Positions 11,406 to 21,065 of a DNA stretch of 64,000 bases are shown piece after piece. Origin of the DNA: an uncultured Gemmatimonadales bacterium (lineage in GTDB: Bacteria > Gemmatimonadota > Gemmatimonadetes > Palauibacterales > Palauibacteraceae); assembly GCA_963783385.1 (NCBI GenBank), contig CAWANJ010000003.1:192001-256000 (forward strand), in the 5' to 3' direction. The first letter of the stretch is position 1. Each line of letters starts with the position of its first letter. Position numbers and translations under genes: made by a program. The notes beneath the pieces were generated by a model. It saw only the letters and a list, made by a program, of their open reading frames with translations, ran no database searches and had not been told where the DNA came from.

Positions 11406-11612
11406 ATGGACGAATCGGCCGGTCGCAAGGGCGGGAGCGCGCGAGCCGCGGACGAGACGCTACACACCGACGCGCTGCCCGAGCACGTCACCTGCCCGTT
11501 CTGCGGCGGCGAGGACACCGAGCAGTTCGCGGTGTTCGGCTCGGCGCTCTCGGTGAGCCAGTACTACTGCCGCCCCTGCCGGACGGTGTTCGAGTACATG
11601 AAGTGGCGCTGA
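11406..11612 (+). CDS. stand-alone PaaD-type zinc-ribbon protein
   Basis: CPFCGGEDTEQFAVFGS...YYCRPCRTVFEYMK matches the PaaD C-terminal Zn ribbon. Confidence 0.8.
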   Translation: MDESAGRKGGSARAADETLHTDALPEHVTCPFCGGEDTEQFAVFGSALSVSQYYCRPCRTVFEYMKWR

Positions 11613-11659
11613 GCGCCGCCTGGCGCTCTCAGCGAAGCCCATCGTCACAGGAGCATCCC

Positions 11660-12724
11660 ATGTCCGAAGTGCGCCGAATGCCATCATCCGTGGAGCCGCG
11701 CGCCCGTTGCGCCGTCCTCCCGCTCCTTCTCGTCCTGGCCTCGGCCTGCGGAGGCGGGGGCGCCGGAGCCGGTGGCTCCGGGACCGCGGCGTCCGCCGGC
11801 TCCGGGACCGGCTCCCGGCCCGACACGGTCCGGGCTACCGTCCCGGGCCTCTACCCGGAGGGCGTCGAGTACGACTCCGTCCACGGGCATTTCCTGCTGA
11901 GCTCGCTCAGCCACGGGACCGTGACGGCCGTAGACGACCGGGGCGCTGTGACTACACTCGTAGACGATTCGGGGAACGTCTCGTCGGTCGGCCTGCAGGT
12001 GGCCGGGGACCGTCTCCTGGTGGCGCTGTCGGACGTGCGGGCCGCGCTCGACACGACCGTGGCGGGCCGCGCCGGGCTCGGGGTCTACGACCTGGCCTCC
12101 GGTCGGCGGCTCCACCGGGTCGACCTGGGGGGCCTGTTCCCGAACGGCCGGCACTTCGCCAACGACATCGCCGTGGACGCGGACGGGAACGCCTACATCA
12201 CCGATAGCCTGTCCCCGGTGATCTACCGGGTGACCCCCGACGGGAAGGCCTCGATCTTCGTCCGGGACACCCTGCTCGGCGGCCGCGGCTTCGGTATGAA
12301 CGGCATCGACTACGACCCGAGAGGCTTCCTGCTCGTGGCCATGGACCAGCAGCGCGCCCTGTACAGGATCCCGATCGCCGCGCCGGACAGCCTGGAGCGC
12401 GTCGACCTGAGCGAGCCGCTGGCGGCCGACGGAATGGTCCTCGGCCCGGGCGGACACCTGGTCGCCGTGGCCGCCACCTTCCCCGGGGGCGGTCCCCGCA
12501 AGGAGGAGCTGGTCGAGCTGACCAGCGGCGACGGATGGCAGTCGGCCACGATCACGGCCCGCGCTCCGCTGGACGCCTCCGCTTCGCCCACCACCGTGGC
12601 CCTGCGCGACGGCGACGCTTACGTGATCCAGGCGCACCTGTCGGGCATGGGGCAGGCGGAGCCGGTCCGGACGTTCGAGATCGTGCGCGTACCCCTGTCG
12701 CCGGAGAGTGCCACGGGCGGCTGA
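11660..12724 (+). CDS. SMP-30/gluconolactonase-like beta-propeller lipoprotein
   Basis: lipobox LASAC; YPEGVEYD, FANDIAVDADGNAYITDS, MNGIDY, ADGMVL blades. Confidence 0.75.
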   Translation: MSEVRRMPSSVEPRARCAVLPLLLVLASACGGGGAGAGGSGTAASAGSGTGSRPDTVRATVPGLYPEGVEYDSVHGHFLLSSLSHGTVTAVDDRGAVTTLVDDSGNVSSVGLQVAGDRLLVALSDVRAALDTTVAGRAGLGVYDLASGRRLHRVDLGGLFPNGRHFANDIAVDADGNAYITDSLSPVIYRVTPDGKASIFVRDTLLGGRGFGMNGIDYDPRGFLLVAMDQQRALYRIPIAAPDSLERVDLSEPLAADGMVLGPGGHLVAVAATFPGGGPRKEELVELTSGDGWQSATITARAPLDASASPTTVALRDGDAYVIQAHLSGMGQAEPVRTFEIVRVPLSPESATGG

Positions 12725-12862
12725 TGTAGGGCGCCCGCCGCACCCCTCCGGGGCCCTCTCCCCCCATCGCGCCGCCGCGCCCCCCGATCGCCGGGGGCCG
12801 GCGGCGCCTTCGCATCGTCGCTTCGCGATCGCCGCCTCGGGACCGGATGTGCGCCGGGGACG

Positions 12863-12887
12863 TTGATGGCATATCGTATACCATCGA
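12863..12887. promoter_or_regulatory. 25-bp imperfect palindrome, candidate GntR/FadR-type operator upstream of susC
   Basis: TTGATGGCATATCGTATACCATCGA, AT-rich dyad in GC-rich intergenic DNA. Confidence 0.5.
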
Positions 12888-13213
12888 CAGATCGGCCGAC
12901 GCCCCGAGCGTCGAGCATCGCCGCCTTCGACAGGGAGCCCAACGGGTCGCATGGGAGTGAGGGGCCCCACCGTAGACAACTCGGCAAAAAGCGACACACC
13001 CGCCCGACGCCCCCTCCCGCCGCGCCGCTTCCCGGGACCCCGCATCGAGCCCGGCCGCGTGGCCGCCCATGTCGGCGCAACGCCCGACCCCTGCGCCGGA
13101 TCCCGAGTCCACTCCGAAGTCCATCTGCCATCCGCGGGTGCCGATCCTGGCGATCGGCATCGTCACACCCGCCGATCGAGGATCGGCGGGTCACTCACAC
13201 GGAGGGAGGCGCG

Positions 13214-16200
13214 ATGAGAGTCCGCCGCAGTCCCTGGTCCGCTTTCACGGCGTCCGCCGCCATCGCCCTGGCCGCGTTGTTGTGCGCGGCTCCGGCGAGG
13301 GCACAAGAGGGAACCCTGCAGGGCACGGTCTCCAATCAGACGGGTGCGGCCGTGGTCAGCGCCAGCGTGCGCGTCGTGGGCGCGGAGAGCGGTGCCATCG
13401 TCGACGCGAACGGTCACTACACGCTGCGCCTGGCACCGGGGACCTACCGCATCGCCGCCCGGGCGCTGGGCTACCGGAGGATGGTCAAGTCCGTCACGAT
13501 CCAGGCGGGCCAGGCGCAGACCCTGGACTTCATCCTCCAGGTGTCGGCCGTCCAGCTCGACGAGGTCGTCGCCTCGGTCACGGCCGGCCAGACGAGCCGG
13601 AGAGAGGTCGGAACGGACATCGCCACGATCAATGCGGCGCAGCAGGTCCAGGAGGGCGCCGTCACGAACTTCTCCCAGCTCCTGCACGCGCGGGCCACCA
13701 ACGTGACCGTCACCGAGACGTCCGGGGCCGTCGGAGCGGGCTCCCGGATCCGCGTTCGAGGCATCAACACGCTCACGGGCAACAACAACCCGCTCCTCAT
13801 CATCGACGGCGTTCGCGTCGACAACGAGACCGGGCTCCTCGGCATCAACCGGGGACAGACGTTCTCCCGCTTCAACGACATCAACCCTCAGGACATCAAG
13901 AGCATCGAGGTGGTGAAGGGGCCGTCGGCCACCGCGCTGTACGGGAGCGAGGCCTCGCCTGGCGTGATCATCATTACCACGAAGAGCGGCAGCGGCCAGA
14001 AGACCGGCATGCGCGCCACGATCGGCACCGAGCAGGGCTTCCAGCGCGACGTCACCAGCTATCCGACCAACTACGCGGATGTGACGCCCTACGTGACCGG
14101 GGCCAACGATTCGAAGCTGAGCCAGTGGCCGGTGGCGACCAACGCGACGACCGGCCAGGTGTTCGTCACCGACAACCCGTTCATGGACGCCAGCACGCGG
14201 CCCTTCCGGACCGGACTCCAGAGCGGGTTCTTCGGCAACCTGCGGGGCAGCTCCGACAACTTCAGCTACTACACCTCGGCGCGGTTCGATGACGATCAGG
14301 GGGTGATGCCCAGCAACTACTCCCACAAGCTGGACTTCCGCGCCAACTTCCAGGGGCGGCCCAGCGACATACTCACGGAGGACATCAGCGCCGGGTACAC
14401 CAGCTCGAAGACCAACCTCCCCAAGAGCGGGAACAACACGAGCGGATACGCGGCCAACGGCTTCGCGGGACGGCCCTTCTCGTCCCTGGGCACCGGCGGA
14501 GACTGTCTGGCCACCGTCCTGGCCGGTACCGACCCCAGCTTCTGTGACAAGAACGGCAACGTCCGGGCGGGCTTCGACAAGATCAAGCCGATCCTGAGCC
14601 TCGACAACGTGGAGCGGTTCACGATCTCGTCGATCACGACCCTGACGCCGGTGTCGTGGATGGTGAACACCGCCAAGGTGGGCGCCGACATCACGAACGA
14701 GACCTTCCAGGACGCGATCCCCTACGACCCGGACATCCCGTTCAGCTTCGCCGCCGGCGGGCAGAACTTCCTGACCACGCCGCAGACGCGCACGTACACG
14801 GCGGACCTCTCGACCCGCCTGTCCTACAAGCTCCGTGACGACCTCACGGCCCAGACGGCGGGCGGGGCCCAGTACTTCCAGCACAGGATCTCGACGGTTT
14901 CCTGCCAGGGGTACGTGTTCCCGAACGACAAGGCGACCGCTTGCGACGCGGCCGTGACCGGCCTGGGCTTCTCGGACTTCACCGAGAAGGTCGAGATCGG
15001 GGCCTACCTGCAGCAGCGCTTCTCGTACAACGACTACCTGTTCGTGACCGGCGCCATGCGGGTGGACGACAACAGCTCGCTGGGCTCCCAGCAGGGGGCG
15101 ATCTGGTCGCCGAGCGCGAACGCGTCCTTCGTGGTGAGTGACCTTCCGTCGTGGAAGGTGGACTTCATCAACGAGCTCCGGCTGCGGGCCGCGTGGGGCG
15201 AGGCGACGCAGGCTCCGCCGCAGTACGCCGCCGACCGCACATACGTGACGAGCGCGCTGCACGGAAGCACCGCCGGCCTTAGCCCCCAGGATCCCGGCAA
15301 CCCGGACCTGGGTCCCGAGCGGGACAAGGAGTTCGAGGCCGGATTCAACGCGGGCCTGTGGGACAGCCGGGTGGGGCTGGACTTCACCTACTACGATCGC
15401 ACATCCAACGACGCCATCGTGCCGCGGTCCGTCGCGCCCTCCACGGGCTTCCCGAACGTGCAGTACGTGAATCTGGGCCAGATCAAGAACCACGGCTTCG
15501 AGGCCAGTCTCGACGCCCAGCTCCTGCAGCGCGACAATCTGGACTGGACGGCTCGCCTGCAGTGGTCCACGACGAACTCCAGGGTCACGAAGCTGGGGCT
15601 CAGCACGCCCATCTTCCTGGGCTTCTCACAGGTGATCGCCGAGGGCTACGCCCCGGGGGCCTACATCAGCCGTGTGATCACCAGCGCGGCGCGCGATGCC
15701 AACGGGAACATCATCCCGAGCTCGATCCAGTACGCGCCGGGGGACCTGGGGGATGGCAGCGGCCGCGTGGTCGTGGGTCAACCTACGCCCACGAACATGG
15801 AGAGCTTCCAGACGACGGTTCGGCTGCTGGGACACCTGACGCTCTCCACCCTGTTCGACCGGGAGGCCGGGCACCAGGTCTACAGCACGGAGGTGGCCGG
15901 CAGGAACCCCAACAACCTGGGCGGCATCAACTCGAGCTTCGGGGACATGTGGGCGTACCGCCAGACGCGGTCCTCCCCGGTCCAGCAGGCCATGATGGAG
16001 CAGAACGAGCTCCTGGGCGACCACGCCGGCGTGTTCATCTACGACGCCAACTTCATCAAGTGGCGAGAGCTCACGCTGAGCTACGAGGTGCCCGAGCGAC
16101 TGACCCGCAAGCTGGGAGCGGCGACCGCACGCCTGTACGGCGGAGCCCGCAATCTGGCCACGATCACGAACTTCCCCGGAGTCGACCCCGAGGCCAACCA

Positions 16201-16291
16201 GAACGGGGCCCGTGACAACCTCCGTGTGGTCGAGGGCAACACCTTCCCCGCGCCGCTGACGTTCTACGGCGGCCTCACGCTCACCTTCTGA
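13214..16291 (+). CDS. SusC/RagA family TonB-dependent outer membrane receptor
   Basis: N-terminal carboxypeptidase-regulatory-like domain; plug IRVRG...PLLIIDGV...DINPQDIKSIEVVKGPSATALYG; GNPDLGPER; terminal F. Confidence 0.95.
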   Translation: MRVRRSPWSAFTASAAIALAALLCAAPARAQEGTLQGTVSNQTGAAVVSASVRVVGAESGAIVDANGHYTLRLAPGTYRIAARALGYRRMVKSVTIQAGQAQTLDFILQVSAVQLDEVVASVTAGQTSRREVGTDIATINAAQQVQEGAVTNFSQLLHARATNVTVTETSGAVGAGSRIRVRGINTLTGNNNPLLIIDGVRVDNETGLLGINRGQTFSRFNDINPQDIKSIEVVKGPSATALYGSEASPGVIIITTKSGSGQKTGMRATIGTEQGFQRDVTSYPTNYADVTPYVTGANDSKLSQWPVATNATTGQVFVTDNPFMDASTRPFRTGLQSGFFGNLRGSSDNFSYYTSARFDDDQGVMPSNYSHKLDFRANFQGRPSDILTEDISAGYTSSKTNLPKSGNNTSGYAANGFAGRPFSSLGTGGDCLATVLAGTDPSFCDKNGNVRAGFDKIKPILSLDNVERFTISSITTLTPVSWMVNTAKVGADITNETFQDAIPYDPDIPFSFAAGGQNFLTTPQTRTYTADLSTRLSYKLRDDLTAQTAGGAQYFQHRISTVSCQGYVFPNDKATACDAAVTGLGFSDFTEKVEIGAYLQQRFSYNDYLFVTGAMRVDDNSSLGSQQGAIWSPSANASFVVSDLPSWKVDFINELRLRAAWGEATQAPPQYAADRTYVTSALHGSTAGLSPQDPGNPDLGPERDKEFEAGFNAGLWDSRVGLDFTYYDRTSNDAIVPRSVAPSTGFPNVQYVNLGQIKNHGFEASLDAQLLQRDNLDWTARLQWSTTNSRVTKLGLSTPIFLGFSQVIAEGYAPGAYISRVITSAARDANGNIIPSSIQYAPGDLGDGSGRVVVGQPTPTNMESFQTTVRLLGHLTLSTLFDREAGHQVYSTEVAGRNPNNLGGINSSFGDMWAYRQTRSSPVQQAMMEQNELLGDHAGVFIYDANFIKWRELTLSYEVPERLTRKLGAATARLYGGARNLATITNFPGVDPEANQNGARDNLRVVEGNTFPAPLTFYGGLTLTF

Positions 16292-16372
16292 ACGGTGAGG
16301 AGGCACGCCATGAACCCGACGAACAATGCAGCCGCGGTGACAGAGCGAATCCAGCAGCAGAGGGAGCGCACC

Positions 16373-17665
16373 ATGCGATCGCCTCGACGTGGCCGAAAGC
16401 TCGGCCGATATCGTCCCTCCGGCAGGATCGTCGGAGCGATCCTCGCCGGTACGATGCTCCTCCTGACGGCATGCAACCAGCTCCTGGACGTTCCGCCGAA
16501 CCCGAAGACGGTTCCGGGCTCCGAGCTGACGGATCCGAACTCTCTCGATGCCCGGATGACGGGCGCCGAGGCGGACTTCTGGTTCGCCTACGACATGGCC
16601 ATCGTGTACGGCGGCCTGTTCACCGACGAGCTCGTGGACGGCACGGGCCTGACGGCCGTGGACGAGCGCCGCGTCCAGCCCGACAACGCGCTCATCGGCT
16701 CCACGGACGAGGCGCCCGAGGGCATCGACGGGCTGTGGACGCCCATGCAGCGGTCGGCGGCGACATCCAAGAGCGCCGAGGTCGATATCGGCGCGGGGAA
16801 GTACGGCGACCGGATACCGGATCCGGGCAATTCCGACGCCGAGGCCCGCATGTCCCTGTTCGCGGGCTATTCGCGGCTGATCCTCGGCGAGCTGTTCTGC
16901 ACGACCGCGTTCGACGGCACCGGCCCGGAGTACTCCTCCGCCGAGACCTACCAGCTCGCCGCCGACCACTTCACGGTCGCCATCCAGGCGTCCAACGCGT
17001 CCTCGGACGTGGTGTACGCGGCCACCGTGGGTCGAGCGCGCGCGGAGCTGCAGATGGGCGACGACGCCAAGGCGAAGGCCGACGCGTCGAACGTTCCCCT
17101 CGACTTCGCCCTCATTGGAGATGTCTACTCGACGAATTCGGAGAAGGAGAACAACGACATCTGGAACATGCTCACGCTGTCGCAGCGGTTCAGCGTGGGA
17201 CCGCCCTTCCGGGGCCTGGTGATCGACAACACGAGCACGCCCGACCCCCGGGTCGACGTGTTCCAGGACCCCAACGACCAGTATGCCATCGACGGCTCGA
17301 CGCCCCTGTACCAGTCGGCCAAGTACCTGAAGGCCGATTCACCCATTCGGCTGGCGAGCGGGTACGAGGCGGCCTACATCGTGGCCGAGATCGAGGGCGG
17401 GCAGACGGCCGTGAACCTCATCAACCAGATCCGGCAGGCCCAGGGCATCAGCCAGCAGTTCTCGAGCACCAACGAGGACTCCATCCAGGCCAAGGTCCGG
17501 GACGAGCGCCGGCGCACTCTGTTCCTCGAGGGGCAGCGCATGGGGGACCTGCGGCGCTACGATGCGCGCTACGGTCTCGATCTGTTCCCCACCGGTCCGA
17601 ATTTCGGGACCGAGACCTGCTTCCCGCTCCCCAACGCGGAGCGTGACAACAACCCGGACATCTGA
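16373..17665 (+). CDS. SusD/RagB family nutrient-uptake lipoprotein
   Basis: lipobox LTAC; ERRRTLFLEGQRMGDLRR; FPLPNAERDNNP; directly follows susC. Confidence 0.9.
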   Translation: MRSPRRGRKLGRYRPSGRIVGAILAGTMLLLTACNQLLDVPPNPKTVPGSELTDPNSLDARMTGAEADFWFAYDMAIVYGGLFTDELVDGTGLTAVDERRVQPDNALIGSTDEAPEGIDGLWTPMQRSAATSKSAEVDIGAGKYGDRIPDPGNSDAEARMSLFAGYSRLILGELFCTTAFDGTGPEYSSAETYQLAADHFTVAIQASNASSDVVYAATVGRARAELQMGDDAKAKADASNVPLDFALIGDVYSTNSEKENNDIWNMLTLSQRFSVGPPFRGLVIDNTSTPDPRVDVFQDPNDQYAIDGSTPLYQSAKYLKADSPIRLASGYEAAYIVAEIEGGQTAVNLINQIRQAQGISQQFSSTNEDSIQAKVRDERRRTLFLEGQRMGDLRRYDARYGLDLFPTGPNFGTETCFPLPNAERDNNPDI

Positions 17666-17805
17666 TCGCGACCCGTCCGGTGAGCGCGCGGCCGAAGGCC
17701 GCGCCGCAGGGGGGCCGGCGCCTTTCGGGTGCCGGCCCCCGTGTTTATCGTCAGGCGGCCCACGAGCGGGCCGTGACGCTCCGTACGACAGGAGAAAGAT
17801 CTTCC

Positions 17806-19311
17806 ATGCACGCCATCGAGCATCTCTCCCCGGCCGCCACCGCTTCGCGCCTCGCCTCCCTCGTCCTGGCGGCCGGCCTGGCGCTGGCCGTCCGACCGGG
17901 GCCGGCCGCGGCCGCGACCCCCGGCGTCCCGTCCGCCCGCGCCGCCGCGTTCGACACCGGCGCGGCAGCCCCGGCCCCGCCGTCGCGGCAACCCGTCCTG
18001 CGGAGCATCGCGAACGCCGTGTCGGCGGACTCCCTGCGGGCCGTGCTCACCAGGCTGGTGAGCTTCGGCACCCGCAACACGCTGTCCGACACGCTCTCGG
18101 ACACTCGGGGCATCGGGGCGGCCCGCCGGTGGATCAAGGGCCGCATGGACACGCTCTCGGAGCGGTGCGGCGGCTGCCTCCAGGTCTTCTACCAGAGGAA
18201 CCTGGTGCCGCCCGGGCGCCGCGTCCCGGACACCACCGCGGTGGTCAACGTGGTGGCCGTGCAGCGCGGCACGACGGACCCGGGGCGCTACGTCCTCATC
18301 ACCGGCCACTACGACTCGCGCGTCTCCGACGTCCTGAACGACACGTCGTTCGCTCCGGGCGCCGACGACGATGGCTCGGGGGTAGCCGCCGTGCTCGAGG
18401 CGGCGCGGGTCCTGAGCCGGCACCAGTTCGCCGCCACCGTCGTGTACGCGGCCCTGGCGGGGGAGGAGCAGGGGCTGTTCGGCGGGAAGGGGCTCGCCGC
18501 CTACGCCCGCGAGCACGGCTGGCGGATCGAGGCGGACCTCAACAACGACATCATCGGCAACATCGAGGGGATCGACGGGATCATCGACAACACCACGGCT
18601 CGCGTGTTCTCCGAGGGGACGCGGGCCACGGAGTCCGCGCGCACCGCCCGTATCCGGCGCTACACGGGGGGCGAGGTGGACTCCCCCTCGCGCGAGGTGG
18701 CCCGCTACGTGGCGCGGATGTCGGACTACGTGCGCAACCTCCACGTCACGCTCATCTACCGGCTGGACCGGTTCGGTCGCGGGGGCGACCACAGCGCCTT
18801 CAACGACGCGGGCTACCCGGCCGTGCGCATCACCGAGCGCAACGAGAACTACCATCGCCAGCACCAGGACGTGCGGGTCGAGGACGGGATCCACTACGGG
18901 GACGTGCTCGCTGGCGTGAACTTCCCGTACCTGAGGAAGATGGCCGCGCTCAACCTGGTCTCACTGGCCTCCATGGCCTGGGCTCCGGCCCCGCCGGAGG
19001 GGGTCCAGATCGGGGGGGCCGTGCGGCCGAGCACGACGCTGAAGTGGGACGCTGTCGACCCCACCCGCGCCCCGGAGCTGGCCGGCTACAGGATCTACTG
19101 GCGCCCGACGGACGCGCCCCGCTGGCAGAAGAGCGTGTGGGTGGGCGACGCCATCCAGCGCACGCTCGAGGACGTGGTGATCGACAACTACACGTTCGGA
19201 GTGACGGCCGTCTCGAAGGACGGGTTCGAGAGCCCGGCCGTCTTCCCCGGTCCGGTCGGCGACTTCGCGCCACCGCCGGATTCCGCGGGGGCCGGACGGG
19301 GCGGCCGCTAG
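17806..19311 (+). CDS. M28 family metallopeptidase with C-terminal FN3-like domain
   Basis: GHYDS, PGADDDGSG, GEEQGLFG, NNDIIG, RGGDH, HQDVR. Confidence 0.92.
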   Translation: MHAIEHLSPAATASRLASLVLAAGLALAVRPGPAAAATPGVPSARAAAFDTGAAAPAPPSRQPVLRSIANAVSADSLRAVLTRLVSFGTRNTLSDTLSDTRGIGAARRWIKGRMDTLSERCGGCLQVFYQRNLVPPGRRVPDTTAVVNVVAVQRGTTDPGRYVLITGHYDSRVSDVLNDTSFAPGADDDGSGVAAVLEAARVLSRHQFAATVVYAALAGEEQGLFGGKGLAAYAREHGWRIEADLNNDIIGNIEGIDGIIDNTTARVFSEGTRATESARTARIRRYTGGEVDSPSREVARYVARMSDYVRNLHVTLIYRLDRFGRGGDHSAFNDAGYPAVRITERNENYHRQHQDVRVEDGIHYGDVLAGVNFPYLRKMAALNLVSLASMAWAPAPPEGVQIGGAVRPSTTLKWDAVDPTRAPELAGYRIYWRPTDAPRWQKSVWVGDAIQRTLEDVVIDNYTFGVTAVSKDGFESPAVFPGPVGDFAPPPDSAGAGRGGR

Positions 19312-19358
19312 CCCGCGACCGTGCGGCCGGGCGGCCCGGCCACGCCGGCCGCCGCGTC

Positions 19359-20042
19359 TCACGTCCGGCTCCACGCGCGTCGCAGGAGCCACGCGCATAC
19401 GATCAGGGAGACCGTGATCCACGCCAGGCCCCATACCAGCGCGGGGATGCCGGTCATGCGGGCCAGGGCCGTGGCGTCGGAGGGCAGGCCGGGGCGGTCC
19501 AGGATGTCGCTCTTGATGTCCAGCACCGCGTACAGGCAGCTGGTGAGCCCGAGCGCGGTGAGCAGCAGCTTGCGTCCCTGGGCTTCCAGCCGGAACGCCG
19601 CGAGGACGAGGGCCGCCCCGGCCGCCAGGCACAGGAAGATGGCGAAGCCGGAGCGCACCGTGAGCAGTCCGAGGGCCAGGATCCCCGCGCCCAGCAGCCC
19701 GAGCAGCACCCGCGACGTGCGTCCCCCCGACCGGCCGACCTCGATGAACAGCGCCCCCCACGCGAGGCTTCCCAGGTAGCCGGCCGACAGCGTGAGGAAA
19801 GCGTTCCCTCCCGGGCACCGGCAGAAGCCGCCCTGGTCGGGGCTCAGGCCGATCTCGCGGATCGTACCCCCCGTGGCGATCGCCACGAGGCCGTGGCTGA
19901 GCTCGTGGAGGAGGACCACGAACATCTGCACGGGCCACACGAACACGGTGTCCCACAGGAACCACACCGCGATCGCGTACACGGCCAGGCCGGCCAGGAA
20001 GCGAAGGCGACGCTTCCCCCGGGACGGGGCGGCCGGATTCAC
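19359..20042 (-). CDS. M50B-like membrane metallopeptidase
   Basis: HELSH, SAGYLGS, SDATALA; multiple TM helices; GTG overlaps the upstream stop. Confidence 0.85.
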   Translation of the reverse strand: MNPAAPSRGKRRLRFLAGLAVYAIAVWFLWDTVFVWPVQMFVVLLHELSHGLVAIATGGTIREIGLSPDQGGFCRCPGGNAFLTLSAGYLGSLAWGALFIEVGRSGGRTSRVLLGLLGAGILALGLLTVRSGFAIFLCLAAGAALVLAAFRLEAQGRKLLLTALGLTSCLYAVLDIKSDILDRPGLPSDATALARMTGIPALVWGLAWITVSLIVCAWLLRRAWSRT

Positions 20043-21028
20043 AGGAGCACCGCCAGCGCCACGCCACACACCACCAGGCCGGCGAGGGCGAGGGCGGGCC
20101 ACGCCCGGTCGAACGCCGCCCGGCAGAAGGCGAACACGCCCAGGAACAGGCCGAGGGCGGCGTACACGGAGGCCAGCAGCGACCGCCACAGCGAGCTGTC
20201 GTGCAGGACGAGGATGGCGACGGCGCTCACCGCCGCGGCCAGGAAGAGCGTGTGCTCGGTGAGGACCTCCCTCATCCGCACGCGCCGCGCGGCCGGGAGC
20301 TTCCCGGTCAGCGCCACGGGGAGGAGACCGACCGCCTCGGCGGCCAGGGTCGCGAGCCACGCGGTGCGGGCCGGTCCCGGTCCCGTGAGGGCGTCGGAGA
20401 GCGCCGCGAAGCCGAGCGAGGTCACCGCCACGGCCCCCAGAAAGTAGATGCCGTACGCAATGATCCGGGAGGACACCAGGTTGGCGTAGTAGGTACCGGG
20501 CTCGTCGCGGCGTAGCCGCAGCGTGGCGATCGACTCGAGTGGCCAGTCCTCCACTTCCCGCGGTGGCCACGCGCCGCTCCGGGCCCGGTCCAGCAGTCTC
20601 CGGGCCGTCTCCCGTGTGCGCTCGGCCTCGTCGCGTTCGATCGTCCCTTCGGCGCACGCCCGCTCCAGCTCCTCCTCGTCCAGCAGCTGCGTGTCGCCGT
20701 CGACGGGCGTCCACAGGTCCAGGAACTGGTCCACGATGCGCCACCGACCGTTCTCGAACGTGGGGGGGCGCACCAGGTTGGTGTAGTGGCCCAGGAGCTC
20801 GCCGCCCGGGCCGTACAGCGCCGCGATCTCGTAGGGACGGTCCGGATAGGTGAACCACACCAGCGAGGAGCCGCCGGGCAGGACGACGGGGCCGACGCGC
20901 AGGGTGTCGGCATCGGGTGGGCGCTCGAGGAGCGTGATCTTGATGTCGCGCCCGTCGTGGAGGAGCTCCTGGCGGAAGCGCTCGACCCGGTCGGGCGGAC
21001 GATGGTATTCGATCTCGACGGTCGGCAC
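20039..21028 (-). CDS. DUF402 domain protein fused to a multi-TM C-terminus
   Basis: GHYTNLVRP...IVDQFLDLW...LLDEEELE DUF402 motif, then about 5 hydrophobic helices. Confidence 0.75.
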   Translation of the reverse strand: MPTVEIEYHRPPDRVERFRQELLHDGRDIKITLLERPPDADTLRVGPVVLPGGSSLVWFTYPDRPYEIAALYGPGGELLGHYTNLVRPPTFENGRWRIVDQFLDLWTPVDGDTQLLDEEELERACAEGTIERDEAERTRETARRLLDRARSGAWPPREVEDWPLESIATLRLRRDEPGTYYANLVSSRIIAYGIYFLGAVAVTSLGFAALSDALTGPGPARTAWLATLAAEAVGLLPVALTGKLPAARRVRMREVLTEHTLFLAAAVSAVAILVLHDSSLWRSLLASVYAALGLFLGVFAFCRAAFDRAWPALALAGLVVCGVALAVLL

Positions 21029-21065
21029 CTCGTCCGGGTGCCGGAACCGGGACCGAACGCGGCGC

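Noticed and set aside
12890-13213. Cobalamin or TPP riboswitch ahead of the TonB-dependent receptor
   Set aside because: No B12-box or TPP core motifs recognisable by eye; an Rfam scan would settle it.
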